Shown here: positions 33,168-42,798 of the stretch, in pieces
How positions within the stretch are numbered: position 1 is the stretch's first letter
Layout of the letters: every line of letters begins with the position of its first letter
Assembly (NCBI GenBank): GCA_965657355.1
Contig: CBFHOE010000004.1
Coordinates: 164,186-228,185 of the forward strand
DNA length: 64,000 nucleotides
From: Limisphaerales bacterium
Lineage (GTDB): Bacteria > Verrucomicrobiota > Verrucomicrobiia > Limisphaerales > JAJOIW01
Direction of reading: 5' to 3'
The notes under the pieces: model-generated
Told to the model about the DNA's origin: nothing
Database searches by the model: none
What the model saw: the letters and a program-made list of their open reading frames with translations, nothing else
Program-made: the position numbers and the translations under genes

Positions 33168-34190
33168 CTACTCTACGTTAATAATTTTGCCTTGTAAAAC
33201 CGATTTTTCCTCAGCCTCACATATCAAAACAGCATTTAGTCCATCCTCAGGTGTCACTGTCTCTAGCCTTCCACCAGAAGTAATGACGTCGGATATGTAT
33301 TGTAATTCATTGACATAGCCATCGTGTCCTGAAAATGAGACGACGTGCTGTTCGCCCCCTTCTTTGAATAACATCAGGGGCTTCTCTGTTCTGCTGAAAT
33401 CGTAATCTAAAGTAGCTTTTTCAAACTGTATTGTGTACTCCATGTTAAACCCGAATCCAGGAGTCATAGTCCAAGACCCTTCTGCTGAAACGTTGGCCCC
33501 GCATTTAACTGTGTATTGCGTCAAAACGTGGTCAATAGCGCCGCTCAGTTTGCTGTAGCCTTGAGAATATACCTGTGTGGGTTTGCCAAATAGAAATTGG
33601 ACAAAATCTGTATCGTGAATATGCAGATCGAATAAGCCGCCACCAGATAACGATCCATTAAAATAGGTGCCCTGGCCCCAGGCTGGTGGTTCTGCAACTC
33701 TTCTAAAGCGAGCCGCCTTCACCTCTCCGAATTCATGATTCTTGACCAAGTGGTGCGCGTATCTCCATTCCGGCCAAAAACGTAAACACATGGCAGGCAT
33801 CAGCAAGCCGGATGATTCGCTAGCAGCTTTTACTATTTCTCTTGCTGTTTCACTATTTCGGCACAAGGGTTTTTCACAAATAACGTGTTTGCCCTTCTTC
33901 AATGCCTTTATAACCAGATCTTTGTGGGTATGGGTTGGTGAGCATATGTCGACAACGTCAATGTCGGAATCTAAAAATTCATCGAAATCTTGGAAAGCTG
34001 AGATCTTATTCATATCCAGCTGGAGTTCCGATTGACCTCCGATATTTCCGGATACATCCGACAAATTTCCATCAAGCCGTCGGCCTGACGGGTTGCAAAT
34101 GGCGAATAGTTCGGCGCCATTAACTTTGTCGAGCGACCTGATGTGCATGGCTCCCATGAACCCGAGACCAACTAAACCAATTTTCAACAT
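33168..34190 (-). CDS. Gfo/Idh/MocA family oxidoreductase
   Basis: KIGLVGLGFMG Rossmann start, HVICEKP and GGLFDLHIHDTD. Confidence 0.92.
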   Translation of the reverse strand: MLKIGLVGLGFMGAMHIRSLDKVNGAELFAICNPSGRRLDGNLSDVSGNIGGQSELQLDMNKISAFQDFDEFLDSDIDVVDICSPTHTHKDLVIKALKKGKHVICEKPLCRNSETAREIVKAASESSGLLMPAMCLRFWPEWRYAHHLVKNHEFGEVKAARFRRVAEPPAWGQGTYFNGSLSGGGLFDLHIHDTDFVQFLFGKPTQVYSQGYSKLSGAIDHVLTQYTVKCGANVSAEGSWTMTPGFGFNMEYTIQFEKATLDYDFSRTEKPLMLFKEGGEQHVVSFSGHDGYVNELQYISDVITSGGRLETVTPEDGLNAVLICEAEEKSVLQGKIINVE

Positions 34191-34226
34191 ATTTTCGATA
34201 GTATTGTGATACTGTTCCTTTAAAAA

Positions 34227-35072
34227 CTATTCGTCTTCTTCGACGATTCCCGCTATGTAATCTCGGCCGGATATGATATCGACTATTCTTTGATTTCCGG
34301 CTTCGCGCTCAATGAAAAAATCTTTCTTATACTCTATTTCTTCAATGGCTTGGAAAAATGCTTTCCAATCAACCTCACCCGTTCCTGTGGTTACCTCCTC
34401 ACCCCATTCTCCATCAACCTTGGTATATGTGCCATCTTTGATGTGGCACTGCATGATGTATTTAGAGAGACCCTTTAATGCTTCAATAGGATTTCCTTTA
34501 TTGTAAAGAATCATATTGGCGGGGTCAAAATTAACACCCACGTTTTCTCTCTCCAACAATTCTAGGAATTCCACGAGAGTGATAGCAGTCTCTTGACCTG
34601 TTTCAAAACCAAGTTCCAGACCCAAGTCTCCGTATACATCAGCTAAGATACGAATCCGGTTCTGAAGTTTACCGAAATTCGGATCATTGGAATCATGAGG
34701 AAGGAAGCCCGCGTGGAAAGTAACAAGCTGAATCCCTAAATTTTTGGCAATGACAGCATTTTTTTTAAGATTTTCAAGATTTTCATCCCAGTGCTCGTCT
34801 GGCACGACCCCGCCTGTAATTTTTATTGATTCAAGGCTTGAATAATCTTCGCCTTTGGTAACAACCATTCCTGATGCGATTTCGATACCAGCTGCTTTAC
34901 ACTTTTCTAAAGTTGATTCCCATTCTGTAGGGTTTTCTCTTATTGGGTCTATGGCAAGTTGGACTTTTCCTAAATTAACCTCCTGGACGCCACGTATTAA
35001 TTCCTCGACACTTGCTGGCTGGAGAGACCAGCTGCAGACTCCAAGCCGTTTTGATAACTCAATTTGGTTCAT
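34227..35072 (-). CDS. Sugar phosphate isomerase/epimerase (xylose-isomerase-like TIM barrel)
   Basis: FETGQE, VNFDPANM, HIKDG, GTGEVDW and IERE. Operon with the Gfo/Idh/MocA gene. Confidence 0.9.
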   Translation of the reverse strand: MNQIELSKRLGVCSWSLQPASVEELIRGVQEVNLGKVQLAIDPIRENPTEWESTLEKCKAAGIEIASGMVVTKGEDYSSLESIKITGGVVPDEHWDENLENLKKNAVIAKNLGIQLVTFHAGFLPHDSNDPNFGKLQNRIRILADVYGDLGLELGFETGQETAITLVEFLELLERENVGVNFDPANMILYNKGNPIEALKGLSKYIMQCHIKDGTYTKVDGEWGEEVTTGTGEVDWKAFFQAIEEIEYKKDFFIEREAGNQRIVDIISGRDYIAGIVEEDE

Positions 35073-35112
35073 GTCGGCAATATACTCACATCCATAACTT
35101 TAATTTCGAGAA

Positions 35113-35135
35113 AAAAATAAGGGACAGTCCCTTTC
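35113..35135 (+). repeat. Left 23-bp inverted repeat containing a palindrome (REP/STIR-like)
   Basis: AAAAATAAGGGACAGTCCCTTTC, with internal palindrome AAGGGAC-A-GTCCCTT. Exact reverse complement at 36562-36584. Confidence 0.92.
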
Positions 35136-35183
35136 GATGCATTTACTATTGACTGAAGCAGATCAAAGACCGATTTTAGTTTC

Positions 35184-36191
35184 GTGCGTGTTGCTAGAAG
35201 GTGTGTGGTGAGACCTGAAGGTGGGCAGTTTTTTCATGTGATGAGCAGAGTTGTTGAAAAACGTCATATTTTCGGGGTTAAAGAGAAAGATTTATTCTTA
35301 AATATTATGAAACAGCTCGAGTGTTTCTCTGGTGTAGAAGTGATGACTTATTGCATAATGGGAAACCATTTTCATATTATCGTTTTTATTCCGGATCGAA
35401 ATTCTTTCGTCAATATGGATGCCGCTGAAGTTTTTAGAAGAATCTCACATATTTATCCCAGAAAAAAAGTTGAATCTGAAAAACGTAGATATGAATGTTT
35501 TTTGGAAAATGGATTTCAAAAGCAAGCTGAAAACCAACTTAATAATTATATTAAGCGAATGTGCTGCCTAACTTCATTTTTAAAAGACCTTAAACAAAGG
35601 TTTACTCAAAAATATAATTCTTTTAATGGTAGGAAAGGAAATTTATGGGAAGAGAGATTTAAGTCAGTATTGATTGGTGCAGAGTTTAAAATACTTCAAA
35701 GATTTATGAAATATGTAGATTTAAATCCCGTGCGCGCTGGCATGGTAAAAGATCCTTTTCAATACAAATGGAGTGGTATTGGTGAGTATGCCAGAGGTGT
35801 TAAAAAATCGATGTTAAATTTTAAAGAAATTTCGTGCCGCTTGGGAGGGCCTAGATTGACTTTGAAAGCGTTCGCAAAAAACTATAGGCGACTTATACTC
35901 ATGGATAGCATTGCTAGTCCTACAAAATATGAATTCTTAATGTTTCATTCATCCGGTGATCCTGCAGTTTGTCATTTCAATGAGGAAGATATTAAGAAAT
36001 TTCACCATTCTTTTCAGGGAAGTTTAGTTGTGGGAAGCCAGGCTTTTCTCAATTTGTGTTCTAGGGGCCTGTTGATAAAAGCAGGGATTGGATTTTTTAA
36101 ACCTTCGAATGATTATACTCGTTACACAATTTCGGATCACATGCGCTCCGAACAAAATGTTCTCAAGATGCGAAGTTACAGATCTGTTTGA
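35184..36191 (+). CDS. REP-associated tyrosine transposase (RAYT, Y1 HUH endonuclease)
   Basis: FHVMSRVV, YCIMGNHFHII (HUH), LKQRFTQKYN...RKGNLWEERFKSVL and YVDLNPVRAGMVKDPFQYKWS (catalytic Tyr). Confidence 0.9.
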   Translation: MRVARRCVVRPEGGQFFHVMSRVVEKRHIFGVKEKDLFLNIMKQLECFSGVEVMTYCIMGNHFHIIVFIPDRNSFVNMDAAEVFRRISHIYPRKKVESEKRRYECFLENGFQKQAENQLNNYIKRMCCLTSFLKDLKQRFTQKYNSFNGRKGNLWEERFKSVLIGAEFKILQRFMKYVDLNPVRAGMVKDPFQYKWSGIGEYARGVKKSMLNFKEISCRLGGPRLTLKAFAKNYRRLILMDSIASPTKYEFLMFHSSGDPAVCHFNEEDIKKFHHSFQGSLVVGSQAFLNLCSRGLLIKAGIGFFKPSNDYTRYTISDHMRSEQNVLKMRSYRSV

Positions 36192-36561
36192 TTATAGAAG
36201 GTAATTAGTTTGAGAATGAGAATTGCAATGAAAATTAACCATTGCTTAGTGGCAGGGGGGTGAATTAATCGCCATTGAATAATGAATATTTCGTTGATGT
36301 CTTTTTTTAGTATTGGCACAAACGAATATTGGCCCGGTGAAGTGTAGTGGCAAACGAAATATGTTGTTATTGATGAATGTGGAGAAAAGTTCTTTCAGGG
36401 TTATGAAGCTGGCTGCACCTGCTGTTTGTTTCGGTTTTTTTGTCAAACGACAATTTTCATGCATAATAAAAAATGAAGTTACGGCTTTTTAAAAATTCAT
36501 TCATTATTAAGTATGACTGAAGTAATACTTCAGAATATTTATTTATTCTTTTGGATTTACA

Positions 36562-36584
36562 GAAAGGGACTGTCCCTTATTTTT
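36562..36584 (-). repeat. Right 23-bp inverted repeat containing a palindrome (REP/STIR-like)
   Basis: GAAAGGGACTGTCCCTTATTTTT is the reverse complement of 35113-35135. It abuts the stop codon of the GDPD gene. Confidence 0.92.
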
Positions 36585-37428
36585 ATTGAGTCGGGGCAGG
36601 GGGGTATTGGAGTTTTTCGCGGAGAAAACCAGGTCTATCTGTGGTAATGCCCTGGACACCGGCTCTGTTGAGTTTCTTGGCCATATTTGAGTCATTCACT
36701 GTCCAAACGTAAAAGCCCAAGCCTTGGTTTAAAATTGTTTTTACAAAGTCCTGCGAAAGTGGTCCGCGATAGCTTACGTTCAGGCCTTCTAAGTTTGCAT
36801 TTTTTGCTCGTTTAATTAATTCCTTGGCATCCGGAAAAACTATACCAGCTTCAGGATCTTCCATGAACGCGGATAACCAATAGCAGTTGTTTTTTGGGAA
36901 TTGTTTTTTTACCAATGTAATGGTGGAATAACTAAAGGCGATAAAGTTAATCTGTTCAGGGCTCAATTTTGAATTTTCGATTATCTTTACCAGCTCAGGA
37001 ATGACGCTGCTGGAGCATTTAATTTCCACAAAAATTTGCTTATCACTTGGTATGTGTTTGAGAATCTCAGAAAGTAATGGAATTTTCGTGCCTTTGTATT
37101 TTTCCGATTTCCAAGAGCCCGCATCTAAATCTTTTAGATCCTCCCATTTATTGTCTGCTACAACTAACTTTTTTCCTGTTGTTCTTAGAGTGTCTTTATC
37201 GTGAATAGCTATGATTTTTTTATCGGCTGTCATGTGTATATCTACTTCAACCGCATCGGCATTCTTTTCCCATGCCAATAAAATAGCTGGAATAGTATTT
37301 TCAGGTGCATCATGTGAGGCTCCCCGGTGCGCAATTATTTTTGGCAGTTCCGCGTGTGATGAGAAAGTAAATGAAATAAAGCAGATAATTAGGCTTGTTA
37401 ATAATAAATTCCAAGGTTTTCTTGTCAT
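36583..37428 (-). CDS. Glycerophosphodiester phosphodiesterase (secreted)
   Basis: Signal peptide, IIAHRGASHDAPENT, VEVDIHMTAD, VEIK, YVWTVN and GITTDRP. Confidence 0.93.
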   Translation of the reverse strand: MTRKPWNLLLTSLIICFISFTFSSHAELPKIIAHRGASHDAPENTIPAILLAWEKNADAVEVDIHMTADKKIIAIHDKDTLRTTGKKLVVADNKWEDLKDLDAGSWKSEKYKGTKIPLLSEILKHIPSDKQIFVEIKCSSSVIPELVKIIENSKLSPEQINFIAFSYSTITLVKKQFPKNNCYWLSAFMEDPEAGIVFPDAKELIKRAKNANLEGLNVSYRGPLSQDFVKTILNQGLGFYVWTVNDSNMAKKLNRAGVQGITTDRPGFLREKLQYPPAPTQ

Positions 37429-37579
37429 ATAAATTTTATGGCCTGGAATTTAAAACAGACATATGTAAATTGGGTTACATTTTAACTACTTAAAAAGTCC
37501 TAGAAGGTCACTATTAATTGGATATTGATCATAAAGGGACATCGAAGGCTTTAGACATTTTTCAAGTGTTTCATTATTT

Positions 37580-38461
37580 TCATTTCCAAATTAACCCCAA
37601 ACTTTCAAAGAATTCATACAGTCTTTCGGTCGCTGGATCACCGGATAAACCAAGCTCACGATTAAGCTTCCTATGATTAGTCTCTGCTTTTCCGAATGCA
37701 TTTGCCTCAATTCCTGATTGCCTGAGGCGGTTTTTCAAAAGCATGGCTTGAGCGACAGTATCTGGGTTACCTGTAAAATATAAGATCAAGAATGGGGGAA
37801 TTCCCTTGTTATTCGAAATGTGAGTCACTGGAGAAAAATTAACGTGTTTTACTGGGTCATTTCCAAATTTTTGTCTGTGTCCGAATGTTGGTTGTTTTCG
37901 GCCATAAATCGCCTGCCGGTGCTCAGCTGTCATAATTATTTTTGTGATGTCATATGTATCGCCATCACTAGGAAAACATCCTTTTATGATATCGATAGAT
38001 AAATTTTCTTTTTTCAAATACTGACTATCAATGCATATTAAAGCTGCTAGCTGAGCACCGGCCGAATGTCCGCCAACAACAATTTGGTTTGAGTCGCCAC
38101 CGTATTTGCTAATGTTTTTGTGGGTCCAGGCGAATGCCGCTGCTACATCGGAAATGATTTCCTCCATTTTGACATTAGGTAACAGCCGATAATTTATCGA
38201 AACAAAAACATAGCCTTTATCAATAAAAGCCTTTGGCTTTAGGTCGACATCTTTTTTATCTCCAGTAACCCATCCTCCTCCGTGTATCCAGAAGATCACA
38301 GGACTTTTTTGATGTTTGGTAGACATGCTCCAATACACGTCCAATTGTTGAAGGTTGTGACCTTCAACAATATACGGAATATCTGACTCTAGGGTAATAG
38401 AGAGGCCATTATGATGGTGAAAGTATAAAGCAAAGATAAACAGGAATAATATTTGTTTCAT
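37580..38461 (-). CDS. Secreted alpha/beta hydrolase (HSL-like esterase)
   Basis: WIHGGGW oxyanion motif, SINYRL and GHSAG nucleophile elbow. Confidence 0.9.
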   Translation of the reverse strand: MKQILFLFIFALYFHHHNGLSITLESDIPYIVEGHNLQQLDVYWSMSTKHQKSPVIFWIHGGGWVTGDKKDVDLKPKAFIDKGYVFVSINYRLLPNVKMEEIISDVAAAFAWTHKNISKYGGDSNQIVVGGHSAGAQLAALICIDSQYLKKENLSIDIIKGCFPSDGDTYDITKIIMTAEHRQAIYGRKQPTFGHRQKFGNDPVKHVNFSPVTHISNNKGIPPFLILYFTGNPDTVAQAMLLKNRLRQSGIEANAFGKAETNHRKLNRELGLSGDPATERLYEFFESLGLIWK

Positions 38462-39001
38462 ATCCGGATCTTGATCGCCGCCAAAGCAAGGTAATTTGTT
38501 AAAAAGGTTATTGAGGCATGCGCCCCAAATACAACATTGAAATTATCTTAGATTAAATAATAACTCTAAAGGTTTCAGTAGACGTATTTTGATTAATGCA
38601 GATTTATAGGTTGGTGTAAGTTCTTACTCTCAAAAAACCCCCCTTGAATTTGCCAGTCAAATGGTCTGGCGAATCTTTAAGGCTTGCTTTAATAAGTGAA
38701 TCACAGTTTTAACTGGGCTATGAACATAAGGTGTTTAGATTTAATAATAGTGTGACAAAGCCATGATCATATTGCTTATGCTCGTGGATTTATGCGGCAT
38801 TGTAACCTTTACCCGAGCCGAAATTTTAATTGTTTGCTCCATTTTCTGATCTGTAATCATCACATTATTTCATGAAAGTTTAGGATGCTACATATTTTAC
38901 TAAACCATTCCTAACCCACTATCTAGTTCAACCTTTTTTCGATATTGATTTTGTTTTGCCGCCGAGTTTTCAGAAACGCTCTTTTTTTGTATTGCTGAAG
39001 T

Positions 39002-39751
39002 TTAATCTTTTTTGGAAATGTAAACCAAAAATTCTTTATTTCCGGAGGGGCCTAAAATTGGTGATTCTGTTACTTGCTTCCACTCCAAGCCCAATTCAGA
39101 TTTTGTAAATTTTTTCAAACTCAAGATGACGTCATCATGAATTTGAGGATCTCTAATGACGCCTTTTCCCTTATCTACGAGAGCTTTTCCAGCTTCAAAT
39201 TGAGGTTTGATAAGTGGGATCATTATTCCGCCAGGCTTTAAAAATAAAACAAGGTTTGGAATTAATACTTTCAATGAAATAAAGGAACAATCTACAACGA
39301 TTAAATCGACAGGTTCAAACTTAGGATCGAGTTGGCGAGCAGTCATGTTCCTTGCATTCAACTTCTCCTTTACAATGACTCTTGGGTCATTTCGAAGTTT
39401 CCAGGCTAGCTGGCCTTTACCAACGTCAACAGAATAAATTTTTTTTACTCCTTTTTGGAGAAGGCAATCCGTAAAACCACCAGTCGAAGCGCCTGCGTCT
39501 ATCGCGACAAGACCACCAACGGATATTTCAAAGTAGTCGAGTGCCTTTTCAATCTTATAACCACCTCGGCTCACAAATTTTTCATCTTGGTCTAGAGTCA
39601 CTATCGCAGATGATTTTACTATTTCGCTCGACTTACGGTATACGTGGTCTCCGGTACGCACTTTACCAGCCATGACAAGCCTTTGAGCTTTTTCACGACT
39701 TTCAACCAACCCTATATCAACAAGGTGTTTATCTATACGGCATCCACGCAT
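39002..39751 (-). CDS. tlyA: TlyA family rRNA 2'-O-methyltransferase
   Basis: S4 domain, FVSRGGYK, DAGASTGGFTDCLLQ, DCSFISL, LIKPQFEAG and SPILGPSGNKEFL. Confidence 0.95.
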   Translation of the reverse strand: MRGCRIDKHLVDIGLVESREKAQRLVMAGKVRTGDHVYRKSSEIVKSSAIVTLDQDEKFVSRGGYKIEKALDYFEISVGGLVAIDAGASTGGFTDCLLQKGVKKIYSVDVGKGQLAWKLRNDPRVIVKEKLNARNMTARQLDPKFEPVDLIVVDCSFISLKVLIPNLVLFLKPGGIMIPLIKPQFEAGKALVDKGKGVIRDPQIHDDVILSLKKFTKSELGLEWKQVTESPILGPSGNKEFLVYISKKD

Positions 39752-40210
39752 CCAATAGATAAGTTATCGAAATGAGGCCGAAAATACCATATTAATGATT
39801 AGAATTTGATTCTGGTTATCATAGTGGTTTAACTAAGAAAGAGTTCCTGGATCAACAGAAGAGGGTAGCTAGCGTAACCCATACATCATGGGCTCACATG
39901 GTTGAAATATTATCAGATTTTTCTCATTTATTTTTTACGCTTACTCATCACCCTATAGGACAAGGAGTGGTGAATTAGCTGTGGTTAATAAAAATTCCTC
40001 CTTGTTTCATCGGAAACTTTTGGAATACACAGTTATGGCTGGCAATCACAAATTCGATTTTCGTTTTTTGTGTTTAATTCTCGATGAAGTTATCATGGCG
40101 AATTTAGTGGATCGGCGGTTATAGTAATTTTTAAAATACAAATGTTGTGAAAATAAAACTTCAAACCTACCTTTAGTCAAAAGCCTGGCCATCAAAGCAA
40201 AACTATAGAT

Positions 40211-41251
40211 ATGGAGAATACACAAGAAACTTTTACTTTTTCACTAGGGGATTTTGAATTACAAAGCGGAGAAATACTGAATGACGCCTTTTTGCTTGTC
40301 GACGTGCATGGACGACTTAATTCAGCAAAAAGTAACGCCATAGTTTTTGCCACATGTTTTGGAGGAGATCATAATTTTAATCAAATGGCTTATGGCGCTG
40401 GGCGGGCATTGGATCCTTCACTTTACTGCATTATTACTCCCAACCTTTTTTGTGGTGGACAATCCTCATCCCCAAGCAATGGGAACAAGCCACAAGATGG
40501 ACCAAGGTTTCCGGTAATCACCTATTACGATAACATCAATGCTCAACATAAATTGTTGGACGAGTATTTTGGTATTAGTCACCCTCTCTTATACATGGGT
40601 TTTTCTATGGGGGCTCAACAAGCCTTTCATTGGGGAGCCATACATGGTGACAAAACAGGTGGGATTGTCCCAATTTGCGGGGCAGCGAAAACAACCTTTC
40701 AAAACTGGATTGCATTAGAAGGTTGTAAATTGGCTCTGACGGCGGATTCGGCGTTCGAAAATGGAGATTACACATCACCGCCATCTATTGGATTAAAGGC
40801 TTTTACTATGAATTACACGTCTCGATTGTTCGATCAAAAAGGGTATGAAGAGAATTTACATTTAGGACTTTTTGGCGGTCTTGAAAATGACGAAAGCTAC
40901 TTTAAGACGTTAAATGATCTTTTTGGTGGAATTGATGCTAACAACTTGATAGGGATGGCCAATACTTGGCAGCGAGGAAATATTGGAGCTCATGAAAAGT
41001 TTGGAGGCGATATAGGCAAAGCGCTTTCAAATATTTTATGTCCTGCCATAGTCATGCCTTCTTCCTCGGATATTTCATTTAGCGCTCGTGACAACGTGCC
41101 CGAAGTGTCTCAAATGCCAAATGCTGAATTAAAAATCATAGACTCAAATTATGGGCATTTGGCTGGCAGTATGTCTCCTGCATTATCTTCAGAAAATGAT
41201 GTCAAGTTCATTGACGACGCTATTATGGGGCTGCTCAAAAGTATCGGCTAA
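40211..41251 (+). CDS. Homoserine O-acetyltransferase-like (MetX-fold) alpha/beta hydrolase
   Basis: FELQSGE, HGRLNSAKSNAIV, GFSMGAQQAFHWG and SNYGHLAG. Divergent from canonical MetX, so substrate is uncertain. Confidence 0.8.
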   Translation: MENTQETFTFSLGDFELQSGEILNDAFLLVDVHGRLNSAKSNAIVFATCFGGDHNFNQMAYGAGRALDPSLYCIITPNLFCGGQSSSPSNGNKPQDGPRFPVITYYDNINAQHKLLDEYFGISHPLLYMGFSMGAQQAFHWGAIHGDKTGGIVPICGAAKTTFQNWIALEGCKLALTADSAFENGDYTSPPSIGLKAFTMNYTSRLFDQKGYEENLHLGLFGGLENDESYFKTLNDLFGGIDANNLIGMANTWQRGNIGAHEKFGGDIGKALSNILCPAIVMPSSSDISFSARDNVPEVSQMPNAELKIIDSNYGHLAGSMSPALSSENDVKFIDDAIMGLLKSIG

Positions 41252-41595
41252 ATATTCAGTTTCAATTGACTTCAGCATTCCATTATAATTCTTTCGGTCA
41301 AATTTTTTAAACAAAGCCCCCGAAGTAGTGAATGATATGTAATTCATTTACTTACAAATTTTGAGGTTTGGTTTGTCCATTTTTATCCATGAGACTGTCG
41401 ACCTAAAAAGATTATCTTTTTTATAAACGCAATGTTTTATGAATATTTGGAAACTGCCAATGGAACTCAATGATGAATGGTTTAAGCTAAATAAAATGAG
41501 TTTTGATACGCCGCCATCTGAATATACGTTTTCGAATTAAAAAATGTTATCATTTCCCGTCACTATACCTGGGTTGATGTCCTGAGGCTGTTATT

Positions 41596-42798
41596 CTAAT
41601 TGTTTTCCGGATTGGAATGAAACCATTCCAAAGGAATAAGAGCGACTTTTAGATGGATTTCTTTTCGGTTCCACGCGGGCTTGGCAAGCATGTATGTAAG
41701 CAGGGCGTGATCTTTCGTAAAAAAACAATCAAGATTTGTGTATTCAGCTTTGGGCTCTTTAGCAACATGCCCAATAATTTTCCATGTCTTACCGGTATCA
41801 GAAGAAATGGCGGCGGTTAATGGTGTTCGCTCTCCAAAATGATGATGGTTTTTTTCGTAACGGCTATTGTTCCAAAATAGGATGAGTTTTTTTGTGCCCG
41901 GCAATCGACGCAGACAGGTACCAGATTCGCCACCTTCGAGGCCTCCGAACGTTGCTTTTGACCAAGTCTTTCCTCCATCGACTGATCTTGCAAAATAAGG
42001 ACCTCCTAGTTGTGTTCTCAGAGACATGATAAGATTATTCTTTTTCAATTCTGAGACTGATGCTTCCATTGCGCCCCGTTTGGCTAGGTTGATTGCGTTT
42101 GATTTTCTCCAGCTATCACCGCCATCGTCGCTGTAAAGGCACCAAGCAGAATTTTTCTGGCTCCATTGGTTCCCCGTACCTCCATGAAATGGTACAATGA
42201 GTCGGCCAGACTCCAACTCCATTATGCTGCTGGTGCCACCCTGAAGTAATTGACCATTTGATACCTTCCATAATGGAGCCAGCTCTTTAAATGTAACGCC
42301 ATCATCGTCAGAAGAAAATAGGCACATTGTGCTGCTGTTTCCTCCCTTGTGTGCTCTCAGGCAGATCATTAATAGTTTTCCTGATTTAGTTTTAAGGAGC
42401 CCTGGGGCTTGCACATTCATGTCTCCTTTGGCCACATCAACAAGGAGTCTTGGTTTTTTCCACGAAAAGCCTCCGTCAGAACTTATTTTTGACCAGATGC
42501 GACATATTCCATGATCATGCCCATCGTTATTACCTTTTTCATATTTATGATAGACGACCATGAGTTGGCCGTCCGAAAGGGGTGCTATTGAGGCAGTATC
42601 GCTGCGAGGAACACTGTCTGTAGCCGGTTCGATCGTAGTGTGTATTATATCTGCAGCTTTGGCGGCCATTGGCAATTGATTGATGAGAATCGAAAAAATG
42701 GCCATAGCAAAGCCTATTCTTCGGAGGCTTTTAAAAAAGATGATAGGAATAAAACTGTAGTAAGGAGTTTTGTTATTTTTTAGCGATTTGGTTTTCAC
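41596..42798 (-). CDS. Secreted BNR/Asp-box sialidase-like protein (GH33-like fold)
   Basis: Five Asp-boxes (SSDGGFSW, SDDDGVTF, SDDGGDSW, SVDGGKTW, SSDTGKTW) and RTPL. The ORF-track start at 42963 looks too long; GTG 42798 or ATG 42705 gives a signal peptide. Confidence 0.85.
   Translation of the reverse strand: MKTKSLKNNKTPYYSFIPIIFFKSLRRIGFAMAIFSILINQLPMAAKAADIIHTTIEPATDSVPRSDTASIAPLSDGQLMVVYHKYEKGNNDGHDHGICRIWSKISSDGGFSWKKPRLLVDVAKGDMNVQAPGLLKTKSGKLLMICLRAHKGGNSSTMCLFSSDDDGVTFKELAPLWKVSNGQLLQGGTSSIMELESGRLIVPFHGGTGNQWSQKNSAWCLYSDDGGDSWRKSNAINLAKRGAMEASVSELKKNNLIMSLRTQLGGPYFARSVDGGKTWSKATFGGLEGGESGTCLRRLPGTKKLILFWNNSRYEKNHHHFGERTPLTAAISSDTGKTWKIIGHVAKEPKAEYTNLDCFFTKDHALLTYMLAKPAWNRKEIHLKVALIPLEWFHSNPENN

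Larger units (their letters stand above)
35113..36584. mobile_element. RAYT element bounded by perfect inverted palindromic repeats
   Basis: 1472-bp AT-rich unit containing the RAYT gene and about 370 bp of non-coding DNA between two 23-bp inverted repeats. Confidence 0.7.

Noticed and set aside
37533..37541. Third copy of the RAYT palindrome (AAAGGGACA)
   Set aside because: Only a half site; the GTCCCTT arm is missing.
39752..40210. SAM-I riboswitch upstream of the MetX-like gene
   Set aside because: I could not find the ATC...GAT P1 helix, the kink-turn or the GCAACC core.
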